Part shown: one piece after another, positions 19,913 to 30,850 of the stretch
Position numbering within the stretch: position 1 is the stretch's first letter
How the letters are laid out: every line of letters starts with the position of its first letter
Assembly (NCBI GenBank): GCA_051439605.1
Contig: JBFRWN010000047.1
Location: 1-64,000, forward strand
Length of the DNA stretch: 64,000 nucleotides
Direction: 5' to 3'
Source of the DNA: Synechococcus sp.
GTDB lineage: Bacteria; Cyanobacteriota; Cyanobacteriia; Thermostichales; PCC-7336
The notes under the pieces: model-generated
Told to the model about the DNA's origin: nothing
The model's input: the letters and a program-made list of their open reading frames with translations, nothing else
Databases searched by the model: none
Program-made: the position numbers and the translations under genes

Positions 19913-21244
19913 GTGCTCATGAAGAAGCTATTGGAAGAGGCACGAGCTAAAGGCGGCAAACAGGACTTAGCGCAGCAGGACCTACAAGACAGCACCATGC
20001 GTCAATCAGCATTTGGCGTTCCCCCATCGTTAGAGGTTCAATCTCCCTTCGATCCATCCCCAAACGCAATAGCATCCCCCCCCTGGAAACCTTATTTAGA
20101 GCAGCTGTGGGAGGGAGACTTTCAGAGTCGTTGGGAAGTCAGCAAGCAGCTAGCCGCCTTTAGCGATGATGTTTTGCCAGACCTGTTCGCATTGCTTGAA
20201 GAGTCAAATACCGATGGCGAACTGCTCTGGTTCGTAGCTCGCATCTTGGGAAAATTCGATCGCCCGGAGGTGGCTGCGACTCTTGTGCAGTTATTGGCAG
20301 GGGAGTCCGAGGAGGTGGCCGCTGCGGCTGCTATCGCTCTGGCAAACTTCGGCACCGCAGCCATTCAGCCCTTACAAGCGTTGATGGCCGATCCGGAGCG
20401 CAGGCTCATGGCAATCAACGCGTTGGCCTACATCCGCTCTAACGAAACCATTCCCGTATTGATTGAGGCTACGGGCGATCGCGATCCTGCGGTGCGGGCA
20501 GCGGCGATCGAAGCCCTGTGCAGCCTCCCCAGCAATCCGGACGTTTTAGACCTGTTGATCGGCAGCTTAGATGACCCTTCGTCCCAGGTACGGCAAGTCA
20601 CCCTCAAGGGCCTGGCTGTTCGCATGCGTGCTCATCCAAAACGGGATTGGAGCTTAATTCTTTCACCTCTGCTAGCAGATGTGAATTTGTCAGTAGCGCA
20701 AGCGGCTACCGAAGCGATGGGTCGACTCGCCACCCCACTTGCGGTACAGGAACTGGATCGGCTATTGCAGGATCGATTAACCCCTCCCTCTTTACGAATA
20801 CTGGCGGTCAGGGCGTTGACCTGGATCGAACGACCCGATGCGATCGAAAGCTTACAACAGGTGTTGCGATGCGCACCGCTATACGAAGCGGAAATTGTTC
20901 TAGAGTGCATCCGAGGGTTAGGTCGCTACGAGCCTCCCCCCCTGATTCTTTCCGCCAGTCAAGCCCTACAAGAATGGTTTGTCAGTCTAGATGTATCCCG
21001 ACAGCCGGGGGTGTTTTTGCAGGCGATCGCCCACAGTCTGGGTCGGCTGGGACAGCCCGACAGCATTCCGTCACTGATTTCCCTGTTAGAGGTCAAAGAC
21101 AGCGGCGTTAGGTTCCACGCCATTGCTGCCCTGAAGCAATTTAACCGGGCGATTGTCACCCATTTACTCCAACAAAACGCCACCACCATGCTGCCCTCTA
21201 ATCCCCATCGGCAGGGCATTGATTTAGCCTTGTCAGAGCTGTAA
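19913..21244 (+). CDS. nirB: HEAT/PBS-lyase repeat protein, NirB-like
   Basis: GDFQSRWEVSKQL, LLWFVARILG and multiple HEAT repeats; divergent from nirA as in other cyanobacteria; start may be ATG 19997. Confidence 0.75.
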   Translation: MLMKKLLEEARAKGGKQDLAQQDLQDSTMRQSAFGVPPSLEVQSPFDPSPNAIASPPWKPYLEQLWEGDFQSRWEVSKQLAAFSDDVLPDLFALLEESNTDGELLWFVARILGKFDRPEVAATLVQLLAGESEEVAAAAAIALANFGTAAIQPLQALMADPERRLMAINALAYIRSNETIPVLIEATGDRDPAVRAAAIEALCSLPSNPDVLDLLIGSLDDPSSQVRQVTLKGLAVRMRAHPKRDWSLILSPLLADVNLSVAQAATEAMGRLATPLAVQELDRLLQDRLTPPSLRILAVRALTWIERPDAIESLQQVLRCAPLYEAEIVLECIRGLGRYEPPPLILSASQALQEWFVSLDVSRQPGVFLQAIAHSLGRLGQPDSIPSLISLLEVKDSGVRFHAIAALKQFNRAIVTHLLQQNATTMLPSNPHRQGIDLALSEL

Positions 21245-21436
21245 GACATCTCTAATAAGACGTAGTTTAATGCGTGTCGATTTTAGCTATAGCAACCGTA
21301 GTCGATCCTAAAGGAAGACATGTCCTGAAAACGTTGCCCCGCAACAGTCTTATCTTGTGCTTTTCTCTGATATCAGGGTCGAACACCATAACACAACAGG
21401 CGAAATCTCGGGCATATCAACGGTTAGAACAATTTT

Positions 21437-22330
21437 TTAGCCCTCACCCTCCACAACAACCAAACGAGCAGCCCGGTGCTTCCAGCGTTTTTTCCAAATT
21501 GAAGTAGCTTCTAGAGGGCTATCCCGCTGTTCTTTGTGTCGGCGATGCAGGATTTTAGCCATTGAATCCGCCAGCGAGGGATCGCGAAACGGCACCGCAG
21601 CCCGGGTTTGGAGGTGTTCTAATTCTCGTGCAGTGAGTTTGGGTAAGTCTGACGGGCTGAGAGAGGCAACGGTACCGGGGCCGGGTCGCCCCACAGGCGG
21701 GGTCGATCCGATCTGCAACCCGGCCTCTAACATGCCTGCCCGCACCGCGACCGCACAGGAATAGGTGGCCAGCCGTCCTTGGGGACGCATGCGCCCAGCC
21801 ACCTGTCGAAACAAGTCAGTGGTCCACAGTTGCGGGCAGCTAGGAGGAGCAAAGGGGTCGAAAAACACCGCATCCGCCCAAGATTCCGGCACCTGCTGAA
21901 TCGTGGTTCGGGCATCTCCCCAATGCAGACGGGCAGACAAGCGATCGCTCTCGACAATCCCCCGATCCAACCACTGTCGCCACAGAGCCTCAAACTCCCA
22001 GTTCCCCCACAATCCCTGTTGGCAGGCTTGGCGGGGGACATCGGGCGATCGCTCTAGGGCATGCAAAACAACACGACAGTTGGGATTCAGTTGCCAGATG
22101 CGTTCTAGGGCAACGCCAGAGTTGTACCCCAAGCCAAAGCAGATATCTAGCAGGTGGAGTTCTTGCCGTTGCTGGGGCAGTGACAGCAAACAGGTGGGAA
22201 TGACATATTTTTCAAGAGCCTCCTGACGGGCACCGCTGCAGTTATGAAAATACTGCTGAAATTCTTCGGAAAAGAACGTGACGGACCCGTCGCGGGTGGT
22301 GATGGATTCGAGGGGAGAAGACCTGCTCAT
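21437..22330 (-). CDS. MnmC-like (mnm5s2U34 methyltransferase domain) SAM-dependent methyltransferase
   Basis: TRDGSVTFFSEEFQQYFH...GARQEA, LDICFGLGYNS, WGDAR, FFDPFAPPSCPQLWT, LATYS. Confidence 0.82.
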   Translation of the reverse strand: MSRSSPLESITTRDGSVTFFSEEFQQYFHNCSGARQEALEKYVIPTCLLSLPQQRQELHLLDICFGLGYNSGVALERIWQLNPNCRVVLHALERSPDVPRQACQQGLWGNWEFEALWRQWLDRGIVESDRLSARLHWGDARTTIQQVPESWADAVFFDPFAPPSCPQLWTTDLFRQVAGRMRPQGRLATYSCAVAVRAGMLEAGLQIGSTPPVGRPGPGTVASLSPSDLPKLTARELEHLQTRAAVPFRDPSLADSMAKILHRRHKEQRDSPLEATSIWKKRWKHRAARLVVVEGEG

Positions 22331-22353
22331 GGAGTCAAAAAACCGGAAATCGA

Positions 22354-22821
22354 TTAAGCGTATCGGTCTTTGAGGGCGCGCTGGGTTTCCCGCTTAACCT
22401 GTTTAGCCTTTAACGATTCCCGCTTATCGTAAAGCTTCTTCCCTCGGGCGATCGCCACGTGAATCTTAATCCAACCGTTGCTCAACACCAGCCGCAGCGG
22501 AATTAATGTCAACCCTTTTTGAGCCAACTCCCCCTCAATTTTGCGAATTTCCCGCTTGTGCAGCAGCAGCTTGCGGCGGCGAGTGGGATCGTGGTTGAAG
22601 GTTTTGCTGGCCGATTCGTGGGGGGCAACGTGCATATTCAGCAACCAAGCCTCCCCATCGCGCACCATCGCAAAAGCATCCTGCAAATTCACCCGCCCCG
22701 CACGAATAGATTTCACTTCAGTCCCCACCAATTCCAACCCCGCCTCAAACTGGTCGAGCAGTTCGTACTCGAAGCGAGAACGTCGGTTATCAACCAGGGT
22801 CTTGTAGTTTTTCAGGCTCAT
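22354..22821 (-). CDS. smpB: SsrA-binding protein
   Basis: NRRSRFEY, EAGLELVGTEVKSIR, HDPTRRRKLLLHKREI, GKKLYDKRE; ATG 22821. Confidence 0.97.
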   Translation of the reverse strand: MSLKNYKTLVDNRRSRFEYELLDQFEAGLELVGTEVKSIRAGRVNLQDAFAMVRDGEAWLLNMHVAPHESASKTFNHDPTRRRKLLLHKREIRKIEGELAQKGLTLIPLRLVLSNGWIKIHVAIARGKKLYDKRESLKAKQVKRETQRALKDRYA

Positions 22822-23057
22822 TGAGGCAAAACACCATGTGGGCAATGTAAGGGCTATCGCGAACTCCATTATTACTCAGGAGCCATCTATAGCTCTTAGC
22901 ATCTCAGCTATCTAGAAGCACGACTAGGCAAAGGTCTGGTCGTCCTATCTGAACGGGCAAAAGCCATAACTGTTTGCATCTAATCCCGCACAATGATTGA
23001 CACCCATACCGAGAACTTGCTAGACGAAAGATCGCACAATCAAAACTTTGCTTAGCA

Positions 23058-24467
23058 ATGTCCTCTTTTAATACCGATGTTCTCGTCCTTGGTGCAGGTA
23101 TCAGCGGTCTGTCTGCTGCTTTCCGCCTCCATCAACAGCAAGTGGATCTGCTGGTTGCCGATCGCGCCGAGCGAGTGGGGGGAGTGATTACTACCCGTGC
23201 ACAGGAGGGATTTCGGTGGGAGGAAGGACCGAACAGCTTTACCCCCTCTCCAGCATTACTCAACTTGATTGCGGATGCTGGTGTCGCCGATCGCCTGGTT
23301 TGGGCGGATGGCAAGCTGCCTCGCTTTGTCTACCTCAACGGCACCTTGACTCCAGTGCCCATGACCCCCCCCGATCTAATCAAGTCCAACCTGCTCAGTT
23401 TTGGTGCCAAGCTGCGGGCGTTATTTGGCGTGCTCGGGTTTGGCCCCAAAGCCCCCAAAGACAAAGAGGAAACCGTTGAAGAATTTTTTGCCCGCCAGTT
23501 GGGTCCGCAAGTGGTTGAGCGCCTCGTGGGTCCGTTCACCTCTGGAGTCTACGCAGGGAGCACCCAACAGCTCAGCGCCTCTGCAGCCTTTCCTAAGGTT
23601 GCAGACCTCGAGCGGGATTACGGCAGCATCATTGCAGGGGTGATTCGATCGCCCAAAAAAGCCAAGCCCCCCATCTCCGACAAGATTGACCCCAAGCCCA
23701 AGCGGGGGCAGTTGGGAAATTTTGTGGAAGGGCTGCAGGAATTGCCCAACGCCATCGCCAATCAACTGGGGGATGCCATCAAGTTGCAGTGGGAAGCCAC
23801 GCAGGTGGTAAAGGAGGGGGATCGCTACGTCACCACTTTCCAAACCCCAGAGGGTACTCAGACGGTAACGTCTAAGGCAATTATCGTAACGGCCCCCGCC
23901 TATCGCGCTGCACCCCTACTCAAGTCTTTAGACGAGGCGCTGGCGGCCGAGCTCTCTGACATTCCTTACCCCCACGTTGCCGCCGTCACGTTGGCTTATC
24001 CGGCCGAGGCGCTACCTCAGCCGTTTGCAGGATTTGGCCAACTGTTCCCTCGAGGTGAAGGCATCCGCACCCTTGGCACTATTTGGACCTCCAGTCTGTT
24101 CCCCGGACGCGCCCCCGATGGCTATCAATGCACCCTGAGCTACATTGGTGGAGCCACAGACCCCGAACTAGCCAACCTAACGAACGAAGAATTAGTCGAA
24201 GTCGTCCATGGGGATTTGAGCAAGACCCTGTTGGTCAAGGAGACCGAGCCTCGGGTGATGGGCATTCGCCGGTGGGAGCAGGCGATTCCGCAGTACACCT
24301 TGGGGCACCGTCAGCGAATCGCCCGCATGAACGATATTTTGGCGGACTATCCGGGGATTGTATTATGCAGCAACTACTTGGATGGTGTCTCGCTCGGAGA
24401 TTGCGTACGTCGAGGAGAAGAGCGGGCGGCTGAACTTGTGGAGGTATTGCGTTCGGCGGCAGCCTAG
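23058..24467 (+). CDS. hemY: Oxygen-dependent protoporphyrinogen oxidase, HemY/plant-PPO type
   Basis: GAGISGL FAD motif, WEEGPNSF, PFTSGVYAG, GFGQL, TLGTIWTSSLFPGRAP, WEQAIPQY, GVSLGDCV. Confidence 0.93.
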   Translation: MSSFNTDVLVLGAGISGLSAAFRLHQQQVDLLVADRAERVGGVITTRAQEGFRWEEGPNSFTPSPALLNLIADAGVADRLVWADGKLPRFVYLNGTLTPVPMTPPDLIKSNLLSFGAKLRALFGVLGFGPKAPKDKEETVEEFFARQLGPQVVERLVGPFTSGVYAGSTQQLSASAAFPKVADLERDYGSIIAGVIRSPKKAKPPISDKIDPKPKRGQLGNFVEGLQELPNAIANQLGDAIKLQWEATQVVKEGDRYVTTFQTPEGTQTVTSKAIIVTAPAYRAAPLLKSLDEALAAELSDIPYPHVAAVTLAYPAEALPQPFAGFGQLFPRGEGIRTLGTIWTSSLFPGRAPDGYQCTLSYIGGATDPELANLTNEELVEVVHGDLSKTLLVKETEPRVMGIRRWEQAIPQYTLGHRQRIARMNDILADYPGIVLCSNYLDGVSLGDCVRRGEERAAELVEVLRSAAA

Positions 24468-25325
24468 CTAGGGTACCGATCTCCCTGGAGCCGGAGGAAG
24501 CTCGGTCTCTAGCAGGATATCGAATCCCTGGGTCCCTCCCCCTCCGAGATTGAGGACCTGCGGGACAGGCGAGCCATTCTCCACCCAGCCCTTCACTGCC
24601 TCTTGCAGAACGACCGAATTACCAGCTTCCGCCAACGCTTCCGCCCGCAACCGAATCGCCTCTGCTTCCCCTCGCGCCCGGTTCACCGTCGCGTTAGCCT
24701 CTTGCTCCGCTTCTTGAGCCCGGAAAGCCGCTTCTTGGGCACGCTGTTGCGCCACTTGCTTGGCTTCGATCGCCTTGTCGTACTCGTCAGAAAAATCAAT
24801 ATCGCTGAGGGTGAGGGTTTCTATCAGCACGCCATAAGTGCTGAGCTCGTCACTCAGTTCGGTCCGAATGGTTTGCTCGATGTTGGCCCGCTGGCCCAAC
24901 AGGCGATCGATGGGGAATTGGGCAGTCTGATTTTTAACAGCACTGAGCAGCTCTCGGCTAACGATAACCGCTTCTAGATTGCTGCGGCTGCGTTGGGTGC
25001 GAATGATGACGGGAACGGCATTCGCATCCAGCTGATAGCCCAGGTTGACGCTCACGAGCACTGTCTGAGAATCGGAGGTGGCGGCACTTTGAGCGGATAA
25101 AGTGATGCCGGTCAGCTTGACGTTCTCGCATTCAAACCGCTCGATAAACGGGGTCCGCAGGTGCACCCCCCCAGTCATCACCTGTTCGCCAATTTTTCCC
25201 AGTCGACGCACCGCACAGGCTTCGCCATCCTGCACAATTTCAATCGGGTTAGCAACAACGGCGATCGCCGCAAGTAGGGCCGCGCCAACCCCCCATAGGT
25301 ATAGGCGTCGATTATCAGCAGACAA
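24468..25325 (-). CDS. SPFH/prohibitin family membrane protein
   Basis: N-terminal TM segment, band-7 domain, FSDEYDKAIEAKQVAQQ, ARGEAEAIRL. Confidence 0.88.
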   Translation of the reverse strand: MSADNRRLYLWGVGAALLAAIAVVANPIEIVQDGEACAVRRLGKIGEQVMTGGVHLRTPFIERFECENVKLTGITLSAQSAATSDSQTVLVSVNLGYQLDANAVPVIIRTQRSRSNLEAVIVSRELLSAVKNQTAQFPIDRLLGQRANIEQTIRTELSDELSTYGVLIETLTLSDIDFSDEYDKAIEAKQVAQQRAQEAAFRAQEAEQEANATVNRARGEAEAIRLRAEALAEAGNSVVLQEAVKGWVENGSPVPQVLNLGGGGTQGFDILLETELPPAPGRSVP

Positions 25326-25436
25326 CGCACAGTTCCTCTAGAGCCACGTTCTCTGTATAGCAACAACTGCAGCTCACAACCATAGCTTGACATCTCAGTC
25401 AGGCCGCAAAAAACACTACTCCCTCTTAGACAACAG

Positions 25437-28409
25437 CTACTTGGCCTCCATCCAGTTCGCCCCAGCATGAATTTCCACTTTTAAAGGGATATCCAACTTC
25501 ACAACCGTTTCCATTTCGGTACGAATCACTCCTTCTAGCTCCTGCCATTCCTCTGGGGGCATTTCAAACACGAGTTCGTCGTGCACCTGTAACAGCAGTC
25601 GAGCCTGGTAGTCCTGCAAGATCTGATGCAGCTTCACCATCGCTAATTTGATGATGTCCGCACTCGACCCCTGAATCGGTGCGTTAGCTGCCGCCCGCAG
25701 GGTTCCAGCATCGTAACGGGTGAGCTTGAGTTGACTCAGGTCGATACTGTCGGGGTCTTTCCCCTTGAGTCGTTGCAAAGCATCTGAACCGAAGGAAAAG
25801 TGACGGCGACGGCCCAAGATGGTCTCAACGTAGCCGTAGGCGATCGCCTCTTTTTCCATCCGCCGGAGATACTCAAATACGTTGGGATAGCGCTGGTTAA
25901 AGCGATCGATAAATCCCTTCGCTTCTCGGTTGGAAACCCCAGTTTCGCGGGCAAACCGTTGCGCCCCCATGCCATATATCACCCCAAAGTTGATGATTTT
26001 TCCCAGGCGACGCTCCTCAGACGTAATGGTTTCTTTATCCAACAGCAGGCGGGCTGTCAAGCTGTGGACATCGTCGTTATTGCGGTAGGCCTCCAGCAAT
26101 ACTGGCTCTTGGCTGAGATGGGTGAGGATGCGTAGCTCGATTTGAGAATAGTCTGCCGCAGCCAAAATCCAACCCGGCTCCGGGATAAAAGCCTTGCGAA
26201 TTTGGCGGCTAAAGGCAGTGCGGATAGGGATGTTTTGCAGGTTGGGGCTGGAGGACGACAGGCGACCGGTGGAGGTCACCACCTGGTTAAAGTCCGTGTG
26301 CACCCGTTGGGTGTCGGGCCGAACCAGAGCGGGTAATGCATCTACGTAGGTTGACTTCAGCTTGGCGAGGGTGCGGTACTCGACAATGTCATCAATAACG
26401 GGATGAGCCCCTTGCAGTTTGGTCAGTGTGGCGGCATCGGTAGAATATCCCAGCTTGGTTTTGCGGGATTTCTTAGTGTCTAGACCCAGCTTGTCAAAGA
26501 GTAACTGGCTCAGTTGCTTGGGAGACCCCAGATTAAAGGTTTCCCCGGCATGCTCGTAGGCCCGTTCTACAATGGCGTCAAGATCGGTAGCCAGTTGGGT
26601 GGAAAACTCTTTCAAATAGTCCACGTCAATCCGCACCCCGCAGCTCTCCATTGCCGCCAGCACCGGTTCCAGCGGTTGCTCGACGCGTTCGAGCAATTGC
26701 AACAGTTGACCATCCCCTGCCGCTAACATTTCCTTCAGCTTTGGCACCAGCAGGTAGGTAGTATAGACGTCCATGCCACAATAGTTCGCCGCCACGGGGA
26801 TCTCGATATCCGCAATGGTTTTCCCTTTGGGCACCAGGTCAGAATAATCCTGCGCCACCATGCCCAAATAGCGCTGGGATAGCTCGCTCAACTTGTGGCT
26901 ATCTTCAGGGTTGAGGACGTAGCTAGCCAGCATGGTGTCGAATTCGACTCCGCCTAGATGCACCCCCTGATTGAGAAAGATCAGGCGATCGTATTTGGCA
27001 TTTTGCAATGATTTGGGATAGGTCTCGCTTTCTAAAATGGGGCGCAACTTCTCCAGCACCAAATCTTGATCTAGGTTCTGACCGGCGGCATGCCCGACCG
27101 GAATATAAGCCATATCGCTGAGGCCGTTGCCCCAGCAGCAGCCAATTCCTACTAATTCAGCATCCCGAGGCTCTAGGGATGTGGTTTCGGTATCCCACGC
27201 CACAGGGACCGATGCATCCATATAGGTCTTGAGGAGTTCGCACAGATCTGCTAATTTTTCAAGGCTGTCGATTAACTGCGGCTGGATCGGATCCGGCTTG
27301 AGTGCCTCCTGCGCGGCAGTATCCTCAGCTGTAAAAAACCAAGTATCTCCGCCCTCCTCTGCCAATGCCTGAGAGGTCTCTCCCGCTATGTCTTGAGTGG
27401 GAGCCTGAGGACTGGGAGATGAGATCGCCTGCCCGCCTAACTTTTCCTGCACTCTGTTGAGTTGGCTGAGGAACGATTGAAACTCCAACTTCTCAAATAT
27501 CGGAACAATCTCGTCCCCATCAACCCCCCTCAGGGATAGATCGGAGAATTGTACCCCCAGCGGTACGTCCACCTTGATGCGGGCCATGAATTTCGAGTGC
27601 TCGGCTGCCTCTTTCCCTTTTTCCAGTTTGGTTTTAACTGCCCCCTTCATCTCGTCTAGGGAGGCGTACACCTTATCGAGGGTGTCGTAGGTGCTCAGCA
27701 ATTTGACCGCCGTCTTGTCGCCAATCCCTCTGACTCCAGGGATGTTGTCAGAGCTATCTCCGCATAATGCCTTGTAATCAACCACTTGGTCGGGGCGTAC
27801 CCCTAGCTTTTCTATGACGGCAGCTTCGTCGATGTGATGAGTCCTACCACTGGAACGCTTAGCGTATGAGTTCCCCATATACATCACTTCCACGTCCCGC
27901 CGATCGTCAACCAACTGAAATAAATCGCGATCGCCGCTCAGAATCCTGACCGCCACACCACCCGGGGCCGTTGTGGCCAGCGTGCCAATGATGTCATCCG
28001 CCTCAAACCCCGGAGCTTTCAAGATCGGGATCTGCAGGACCTGCAGCAGTTCCTCAAGATTCTGCAAATCGGTGAAGAATTCATCGGGGGTTTCCGCTCG
28101 CCCCGCCTTGTAGGTCTCGTCCACCTCGTGGCGAAAGGTGGGTTGAGGGGTATCGAAGGCGATCGCCACGTGGGTTGGGGCTTCCTGAGCCAGGGTGTCC
28201 AACAGCGACTTGGTAAAACCGTAGGCCACGCTGGTAGGTATACCGGTGGAAGTGCGCAATCCCCCTTCTCGGCTGAGGGCAAAGGCATAGTAGGAGCGGT
28301 ACGCCAGCGAATGACCGTCCACCAATAGAAGCTTGGTCTTGCGTCCGGATGAATTTGAGGCAAGCTCAGAGCTGGATGAGGCATTTTGACTGGATGTCAG
28401 GTCAGGCAT
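25437..28409 (-). CDS. polA: DNA polymerase I
   Basis: 5'-3' exonuclease LLVDGHSLAYR, EADD, GDSSDNIPG; proofreading DTET, QNAKYD; polymerase DYSQIELR, NFGVIYG, QVHDE. Confidence 0.98.
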   Translation of the reverse strand: MPDLTSSQNASSSSELASNSSGRKTKLLLVDGHSLAYRSYYAFALSREGGLRTSTGIPTSVAYGFTKSLLDTLAQEAPTHVAIAFDTPQPTFRHEVDETYKAGRAETPDEFFTDLQNLEELLQVLQIPILKAPGFEADDIIGTLATTAPGGVAVRILSGDRDLFQLVDDRRDVEVMYMGNSYAKRSSGRTHHIDEAAVIEKLGVRPDQVVDYKALCGDSSDNIPGVRGIGDKTAVKLLSTYDTLDKVYASLDEMKGAVKTKLEKGKEAAEHSKFMARIKVDVPLGVQFSDLSLRGVDGDEIVPIFEKLEFQSFLSQLNRVQEKLGGQAISSPSPQAPTQDIAGETSQALAEEGGDTWFFTAEDTAAQEALKPDPIQPQLIDSLEKLADLCELLKTYMDASVPVAWDTETTSLEPRDAELVGIGCCWGNGLSDMAYIPVGHAAGQNLDQDLVLEKLRPILESETYPKSLQNAKYDRLIFLNQGVHLGGVEFDTMLASYVLNPEDSHKLSELSQRYLGMVAQDYSDLVPKGKTIADIEIPVAANYCGMDVYTTYLLVPKLKEMLAAGDGQLLQLLERVEQPLEPVLAAMESCGVRIDVDYLKEFSTQLATDLDAIVERAYEHAGETFNLGSPKQLSQLLFDKLGLDTKKSRKTKLGYSTDAATLTKLQGAHPVIDDIVEYRTLAKLKSTYVDALPALVRPDTQRVHTDFNQVVTSTGRLSSSSPNLQNIPIRTAFSRQIRKAFIPEPGWILAAADYSQIELRILTHLSQEPVLLEAYRNNDDVHSLTARLLLDKETITSEERRLGKIINFGVIYGMGAQRFARETGVSNREAKGFIDRFNQRYPNVFEYLRRMEKEAIAYGYVETILGRRRHFSFGSDALQRLKGKDPDSIDLSQLKLTRYDAGTLRAAANAPIQGSSADIIKLAMVKLHQILQDYQARLLLQVHDELVFEMPPEEWQELEGVIRTEMETVVKLDIPLKVEIHAGANWMEAK

Positions 28410-28470
28410 GGCAATCGCTAAATGGGTACAGACAAAGAAAGACTAGATAGAAGATCGAGAGAAGTAGATG

Positions 28471-28518
28471 CCTCAACTGGGGTACAGGATGGCAAACCGG
28501 TACCCCAGTTCCCTGAGG
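28471..28518. other. Inverted repeat/hairpin in the polA upstream region
   Basis: AACTGGGGTAC (28475-28485) pairs with GTACCCCAGTT (28500-28510); flanking CCTC and GAGG can extend the stem. Confidence 0.5.
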
Positions 28519-28891
28519 AAACATGGATGATTTTAGCTTCGTACAATCGCGACTATGCGATCTCGCTCATCTAGTACTCAATGGAGATTTGTGGGCACGA
28601 ACAGTCTACGTTCAACGAGTGTCCAATATGGATCAATCACCCAGGAAACCCAATGGCTAAGCATGACAGAGCGATCGCAAATCCTTCTCCCTTAGAGTCA
28701 GAGAAAACTGATGTAACGCTTTGCCACCTTGTCATGAACAAAGAGTAAACTGTTTGCAACGTACAATTAGAAGTTGTTTTTGGACGTACCTTTAACCTTA
28801 ATTCAGACCTATAAGTCTGAGTTGAGAGTCCGCATTTGCTGTTCCAAAACCAGCTTTATATTGAGAACTATCCCTATCGGCCAGCCTCCCT

Positions 28892-30823
28892 ATGCATCTG
28901 AGCGATATCATCCATCCCAATCAACTCAACGATCTCAGCATTGATGAGTTGAAAGAGCTGGCGCGCCAAATGCGCGAGAAACACTTGCAAACAGTAGCAG
29001 CTACAGGTGGCCACCTGGGCCCCGGCTTAGGGGTGGTTGAGTTGACGCTAGGGTTATATAAAACCCTAGATTTCGACCACGATAAAGTGGTCTGGGACGT
29101 GGGCCACCAAGCTTACCCCCACAAAATGCTCACCGGTCGCTACAACAATTTTCACACCCTACGCCAAAAGGGTGGACTTGCCGGATACCTAAAGCTGACT
29201 GAAAACAGGTTCGATCACTTTGGGGCCGGACATGCATCCACTAGTATTTCTGCAGCCTTGGGCATGGCCATGGCGCGAGATGCGAAGGGTGATGATTACA
29301 ACGTTGTTGCCATCATTGGCGATGGTGCTTTGACAGGAGGAATGGCCTACGAAGCGATCAACCACGCAGGCCACTTGCCAGATACCAATCTGATTGTGGT
29401 TCTGAACGACAACGGTATGTCCATTTCCCCCAACGTTGGGGCAATGACCCGTTACCTCAGTCAGTTGCGAATCAGCCCCCCTCTGCAATCGATTACCGAC
29501 AGTTTAGAATCCCAGCTCAAGAACCTGCCTCTGGTGGGCTCCACTCTCTCTCCTGAAATCGATCGCATGAAGGAGAACATGAAGCTGATGACCACCGTAC
29601 GCAACAACAAGGTGGGCATTATCTTCGAAGAACTGGGCTTCACCTACGTTGGCCCCGTGGACGGCCACAATCTACAGGAGCTGGTGGACATCTTCAAGCT
29701 GGTTCAGAATGTTGGCGGCCCAATTTTAGTGCACGTTGCCACCACCAAGGGCAAAGGGTACGCCTTGGCAGAGAAAGAACAGGTGGGCTACCACGCTCAA
29801 TCCAGCTTTAACATCGCCACCGGCAAGCCCAAGCCCTCTAACAAGCCCAAGCCCCCCACCTACTCCAAAGTTTTTGCCAACACCCTGACCCGATTAGCTC
29901 AGGATGACTCCCGCATCGTGGCAATCACTGCGGCGATGGCCACCGGTACCGGCTTGGCCACCTTCCAAGAAAAGCTTCCTGACCAGTTCGTGGATGTCGG
30001 CATTGCCGAACAGCATGCGGTTACTTTAGCTGCAGGGATGGCTTATAACGGCATGCGTCCGGTAGCAACTATCTACTCCACCTTCCTACAGCGGGCCTAC
30101 GATCAAATCGTCCACGATGTCTGCATTCAAAAACTACCGGTCTTCTTTTGTATGGACAGAGCTGGAGTTGTGGGGGCAGATGGTCCAACCCACCAGGGAC
30201 TGTACGACATCTCTTACTTGCGCAGCATCCCCAACATTGTGGTGATGGCCCCCAAAGATGAAGCCGAGCTACAGCGCATGTTGGTGACCGGCATTAACTA
30301 CACCGATGGCCCCATCGCTGTGCGCTATCCTCGCGGCAGCGGTGTGGGCGTACCGCTGGCGGATGAAGGCTGGCAGCCTTTGGAAATTGGCAAGAGCGAA
30401 CTCCTGCGTACCGGGGATGATGTGGTCATCGTCGCTTACGGTACGATGGTGAATACCTCCATGCACGCAGCAGAAATTCTCACCGAGCACGGTATTCAAG
30501 CCACGGTTGTCAACGCTCGATTCGTGAAACCCTTGGACACCGACACAATTTTGCCGCTGGCAGAACGGATCGGTAAGGTCGTCACGGTTGAAGAAGGGTG
30601 CCTGATGGGAGGCTTTGGTTCAGCTGTGGCGGAAGCCATCCTGGATGCCGATATTTCCGCATCAGTGACGCGTATCGGTGTGCCCGACAAGCTGGTGGAT
30701 CACGCTAAAGCTGAAGAGTCTTTGGCCGATTTAGGCTTGACTAGCTCGGCAATCGCCGAACGTATCCGCACCAAACTACAGCCAGGTCCCCAACCAGCTC
30801 AACCCGCCGAGATCAAAGGCTAG
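28892..30823 (+). CDS. dxs: 1-deoxy-D-xylulose-5-phosphate synthase
   Basis: [32 protein letters not shown]...[25 protein letters not shown]. Confidence 0.98.
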   Translation: MHLSDIIHPNQLNDLSIDELKELARQMREKHLQTVAATGGHLGPGLGVVELTLGLYKTLDFDHDKVVWDVGHQAYPHKMLTGRYNNFHTLRQKGGLAGYLKLTENRFDHFGAGHASTSISAALGMAMARDAKGDDYNVVAIIGDGALTGGMAYEAINHAGHLPDTNLIVVLNDNGMSISPNVGAMTRYLSQLRISPPLQSITDSLESQLKNLPLVGSTLSPEIDRMKENMKLMTTVRNNKVGIIFEELGFTYVGPVDGHNLQELVDIFKLVQNVGGPILVHVATTKGKGYALAEKEQVGYHAQSSFNIATGKPKPSNKPKPPTYSKVFANTLTRLAQDDSRIVAITAAMATGTGLATFQEKLPDQFVDVGIAEQHAVTLAAGMAYNGMRPVATIYSTFLQRAYDQIVHDVCIQKLPVFFCMDRAGVVGADGPTHQGLYDISYLRSIPNIVVMAPKDEAELQRMLVTGINYTDGPIAVRYPRGSGVGVPLADEGWQPLEIGKSELLRTGDDVVIVAYGTMVNTSMHAAEILTEHGIQATVVNARFVKPLDTDTILPLAERIGKVVTVEEGCLMGGFGSAVAEAILDADISASVTRIGVPDKLVDHAKAEESLADLGLTSSAIAERIRTKLQPGPQPAQPAEIKG

Positions 30824-30850
30824 TTGTTAGGCCGTTCGCTCTATTGCTCA

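Noticed and set aside
24465..24470. Zero-gap convergent stops of hemY and the SPFH gene (TAGCTAG)
   Set aside because: Ordinary compact tail-to-tail packing with no further signal
28486..28520. GGCAAACC as the start of a c-di-GMP-I riboswitch
   Set aside because: The downstream GNRA tetraloop/receptor and second GCAAA-type element are absent
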